From Lama glama (lineage: Eukaryota), in assembly GCA_028534125.1 (NCBI GenBank), contig CM052837.1, positions 744,001-808,000 on the forward strand: a stretch of 64,000 nt of DNA, in the 5' to 3' direction. The notes beneath the pieces are model-generated. The model ran no database searches and was not told where the DNA came from. It worked only from the letters and a program-made list of their open reading frames with translations. Shown piece after piece: positions 60,225 to 64,000 of the stretch (positions are counted from its first letter, which is position 1; the number at the start of each line of letters is the position of its first letter). Position numbers and translations under genes: made by a program.

Positions 60225-60710
60225 CGTCGGGGAGGAAGTTTCCCTTCACCCTTCCAGGTTCTTGTCCATGGTGTGCAGACTAACCTGGCGTGAAGCTGAC
60301 TAACAGGAGACAGTCAGACAGAAGTGCAGCCCGTAGGGGACCGGGGACTGAGCTCCTCGCCTTAAATGTCATCTTCGGCCACAGAGAAATGAAGACGCTG
60401 CGGCAGCGGTTTGGGACGTCAGAGGGAGACGGCGACGGGCGTTGGAGACGGAAGAGTGCGCGGGCAGCGGTCTGGGGGCCCGGCAGGGACGGCGGGACAG
60501 GGTGCCCCGGAGGGCCCTGCTCGCTCTGTCCGCACAGCCCGCTGGCCCTGCAGCCGTCCCGGCGGCGCTCCCTTCCGGGCCCGGCGCCCGCCCACGTGCC
60601 TGCGGCCCCGGGGGAGGTCAAGGCGCCTTCCGGGGGCTTCGCGTCTCGACGGTTTTCAGCTGGAAGTAACCCACGTGCCAAAGAGACGGGCCAGTCGGCT
60701 TCCTCGCAGA
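60225..60710 (-). mobile_element. ERV1 (MER4-group/MER41-like) solo LTR, strongly GC-shifted
   Basis: Left end ggggaggaagtttcccttcacccttccaggttctt...gactaacaggaga and right end ttttcagctggaagtaacccacgtgccaaagag resemble the recalled antisense MER4-group motif TTCAGCTCAAAATAATC...ATGCCAAAG. Confidence 0.6.
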
Positions 60711-61019
60711 GATGATTGACAACGTGCAGCCACGCAGCCCTTGTCTAGAAACGTCTTCTTGGCTGTAGGTCTGCTTTCAAAAGCGCCGCGGTGTCACACA
60801 CAGACACACGAGGAACGAGACTTGCAAACGTTCAGTGAGGATCCCAGGGCCGCGATGGGACGGGGTCACGGCAGTCTTCAAGCTGATGCTTACGGAGTTC
60901 CTTCTGTATAATTTCCCAGGAAAGGCGACAAGGCTTGGCCCTAAGGGCACGCCCCTGGGTGGCGGTGAAGGGGGTCGTGGTCTGTGCACCTGCAAGCAGG
61001 AAGCCTCCTGCGCTGACTA

Positions 61020-61097
61020 GGACCCGCCCCCAGGAGTCCCCCCAGGAGCCGCCCTCCCAGGAGCCGCCCCCCAGGACCCCCCACCCAGGACCCGCCC
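61020..61097. repeat. Short ~13-bp tandem repeat (CCAGGAGCCGCCC-like)
   Basis: caggagtccccc / caggagccgccctcc / caggagccgcccc / caggacccccc. Confidence 0.85.
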
Positions 61098-63189
61098 GGC
61101 ACTGCCCTCCTGGAAGCGGGACGTTTCCCTTCGGCGCGCAGCAGCGGGACCCTCCCTTACAGGTTCTGGTGGATTCTGAATCTGTTTTAAAAAGATTCAA
61201 CACAATGATCTTAAATTAAGAGCAAGGCAGCGAGTAACCGCCGGACTCCGTTCGCCGCTCAGCGGCCTGACTGTCTTCCCGAGGCGGGGGCAGGGGCGTC
61301 AGCTTCGGGCTGGCCGGCGGGAGCCACAGTCCGCGTGGCGCCGGAGATTCAGCCAAAGGCCGCTTTCAAAACGGCGCCGTGGGGACGCTGAAGGAACGCG
61401 TTCAGCCTCGCAATGGCCCGGGGAAGGGCGTCGACTGAAGGTGGGTTCCCTTCTGTGTTTAACAGTCTGCCCCTCTTGCCAGGGGGTCCTCTGCAGAGAA
61501 GCCGGGTGGCGCGTGGAGAGGGACCTCCAAATTCAGGCGGAGAGGGACCGATCTGCCTCCTCAGCTGTGACCCCAGCTACTCTCTCGGTGACACCGACCT
61601 TTTCCACGTTCGTAAACACGATGCGTGCTTTTCCCATAAAGCCCCGCAGTCACACACACAATCAAGGCACGTCACGGTCACCTGCAGGTAGGGGCGGGCC
61701 CGGAGCGCAGCCGCCGGAGGATCCCACGCGCGGCCGGAGCCTGCACGCCAGCGCGAGGGGGCGGCGTCCTTCCTCAGGCCCATGTTCGCAGCTCCCGGCA
61801 AGACACGGACGGTTTCGCGTCTGCACTTCTCCTCCTTGCGCGCTGCCCCCGCTGACGGGGCTGCAGATTCGCTGAAGGAAAGAGCCAGGTGGAGAGCAGG
61901 AGGGCACGACTCCTGCAACCCCGCTTACAAGGAAACCTTCTTTGCACCACCCAGAAACTGACGCGCGTGTCCCGGGCACGTCTGTGAGCGCAGGGGCAGG
62001 TGTGGCGTGAGGTCGACAGTGAAGTGGACCCGTCACTGTTTAGCACGGTTTGTATTTGTATTTTCATTGCCCGGAAGGACAATCATTAAAAAAAGAGTCA
62101 TGGGAACTATCTTCAAGACTTACAGCGAAGCTTCACGCCTCGAGAGCCCCGGAAGGCTTCGGCCTCTGCTCTGTGCATAAAGCTCAGGTCCATGGCTTTC
62201 CCGTGACTCCACAAGAAACATGCATTTGTCAGGCACCACTTCCTGCAACGCTTTTTTGAAAGGAGCAAACTAGTAATTGACGCCTTGATACTTTAGTGCC
62301 TTTTAATCTGGCAGGTGACATCGCCTGTTCTGAAAAACACACACCTGTATCTGTAATATCTATGATAAATCTATATAATACTAAAACATGATCATATTAA
62401 TTCCATGAGATTATTTGGGATGAAAGCACTGAATAGGTTAGTATCTTGCAAAGACTGCAAACACTGGGCTACTAATATTTGAGTCCTAAGATGTGGTGAA
62501 GATGGAATGAAATCCTGTCCATGGGAGCATGTGACCCTTGGTTGTTCCAGGGAATTCCCCTTCACTGATTAATCCTTATCCACAGAGATGGCAATTCAGC
62601 AGCCCCGGAGCAAACATCCCATCCATCGCAGAAGGTCAAGTCGCTTCCCCAAAGGCCCTGTGCTCACGGTTAGCAGACACGGGCCCAGGCTTGCCTCCTT
62701 CACACCAGGGCTCACCCTCGCACGCCCCCCAGTCCATCGTTCCGGGCGCGGCCACCCTCCTCTAGCAAATACCTAGGGCTCTCCTCTGAGGACCAAGGAG
62801 GTCGTCAGCCAGGGGACACCGCTTCACAGGCGGGCTTGCGTTATTTTCCGGTTTCTCAGTTTTCGTTAGGTTTTGCATCCTGTGATCATCTGTTGACAGG
62901 CAGATGATTTGGAAACATGCGAAGGCCCTGGGGTTCCCCGAGGAGGGCACCCCTCCACGTGCTCCTCTTCTTCCTTAAGAAATGGGCCCCGCGGCTGGCC
63001 AGCAGCGAAGGTGTGCAGGTGGAAACATGAGGGCAAGCAAGGGTGAGAGGGGGGTTTGGAAAGAGGCGGCTGGTCGCGGGAGACAAAGAAAGACTGTGAA
63101 GGACACCCTCCAGCTGGAGCTCGAACCTCACACTCGAGAGCACCCCCAGCACCCTGTTGCTTTGAGGGTGCGGCTCTCCCTCCACAGTG

Positions 63190-63330
63190 TCACACAGCAC
63201 TGTGAGCCCTTAAAAACATAGGCCCAGATAGTGTCACTTCCTTTGCACAGATGAGGAAGCAGAAGGCTGGGGTCAGCTCCGGCCAGTCTAACAAGGGCTG
63301 CACTCCAGACCCAGAACTCTCGCGCTTTCA
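63190..63330 (-). mobile_element. MIR fragment
   Basis: cctttgcacagatgaggaagcaga. Confidence 0.55.
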
Positions 63331-63511
63331 AAGTCTGAGCCCTTCAACCTCGTTTCTTCTCCTAGAAGTCCTCAACCTTCAGTTTTCATCTCTCTGTGAC
63401 ACTGGTGTCATATTTTCTCTCTCAAATTATAAGATCAGTAAGCTAACCCTGATTCATGAGCTTTGGTCCACACATGGTACACTGCGTTTTGTGTTGTGTG
63501 CCTTGTCAAGC

Positions 63512-63596
63512 GACTGGATGGGTGAATGGGTAGATAGATGGATGGATGTGTGGATGGGTTTATGAGTGGGTGGATGGGTGGGTGGATGGGTGGTGA
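63512..63596. repeat. (TGGA/TGGG)n tetranucleotide repeat
   Basis: Directly visible. Confidence 0.9.
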
Positions 63597-64000
63597 ACCA
63601 ATTCTGATCAATACCAGATGGATAAGTCAACATGTGGGTTCTCAACATTTTGCAGCCGAAGTCTGTTCGAGGGACACTGAAATCCCTTGGGAGCCTAGTG
63701 TCCTGCGCATGGGAGAGGGAGGAAACGACATGCCATGTTGGTCCCTATCCCTGGGGCGGGGTCACCAGAGAAACAAAACAGCACCCCTGTTTTCCAGGAG
63801 CTTGGAAGCCCATACAGTCTTCCCCAGAAGACTATTTTTAGGTACATAAAATAAAACACAGAAGATTGAAAAATAAAATGAATTACAGTAACAGGAGAGA
63901 TACCGCTTACTAAACCATTTCAGAGGTTGTGATGTGGTAACAGACGTCATCTTAAATTCATGGGCCAAACGACCATTGTGATGAGATATGAAAACACCTG

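Noticed and set aside
2719-61764. CTCF-like motifs (2719-2732, 23715-23728, 34275-34288, 61751-61764)
   Set aside because: Each has mismatches, and such matches are expected by chance at this GC content. Not supportable without ChIP or conservation data.
63630-63960. Possible hAT-Charlie remnant at the window end
   Set aside because: The resemblance (ggttctcaac, cataaaataaaacac) is too weak to call a family or boundaries.
1-64000. A novel multi-gene biological system
   Set aside because: No supportable host coding genes, RNA genes, horizontally acquired segment or endogenous viral ORF is visible. The window is explained by a promoter, intronic and intergenic DNA, and repeats.

Overview
GC-rich mammalian genomic DNA, very probably camelid, because two copies of a tRNA-derived SINE with the Vic-1-type 3' motif CCTAATTACCTCCCCC are present. 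I can support no host protein-coding exon. The only ORF with recognisable homology is a LINE-1 ORF2 remnant; the other long ORFs look like GC/CpG-island or microsatellite artefacts. The main landmark is a ~1.4-kb CpG island at ~30.3-31.7 kb with several minus-strand splice donors. It is best read as the promoter and non-coding first exon(s) of an unidentified minus-strand gene whose first intron(s) run towards position 1; 32-64 kb looks like gene-free upstream sequence. The rest is old interspersed repeats (L1, L2, MIR, MLT1, MER5, MER58B, an ERV1-type LTR), mini- and microsatellites, five N gaps, and AT-rich, motif-dense islands that may be enhancers. I found no convincing novel multi-gene system. 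The most notable signals are: (i) patchy, strong AT-to-GC/CpG rewriting of old repeats, suggestive of GC-biased gene conversion, including an LTR now resembling a CpG island; (ii) a perfect DR4 element created by micro-duplication inside an MLT1 LTR; (iii) a 16-bp VNTR forming an array of AGGTCA half-sites; (iv) candidate alternative first exons and internal exons. Repeat family names come from recalled consensus resemblance, not from a database search, and repeat boundaries are approximate.
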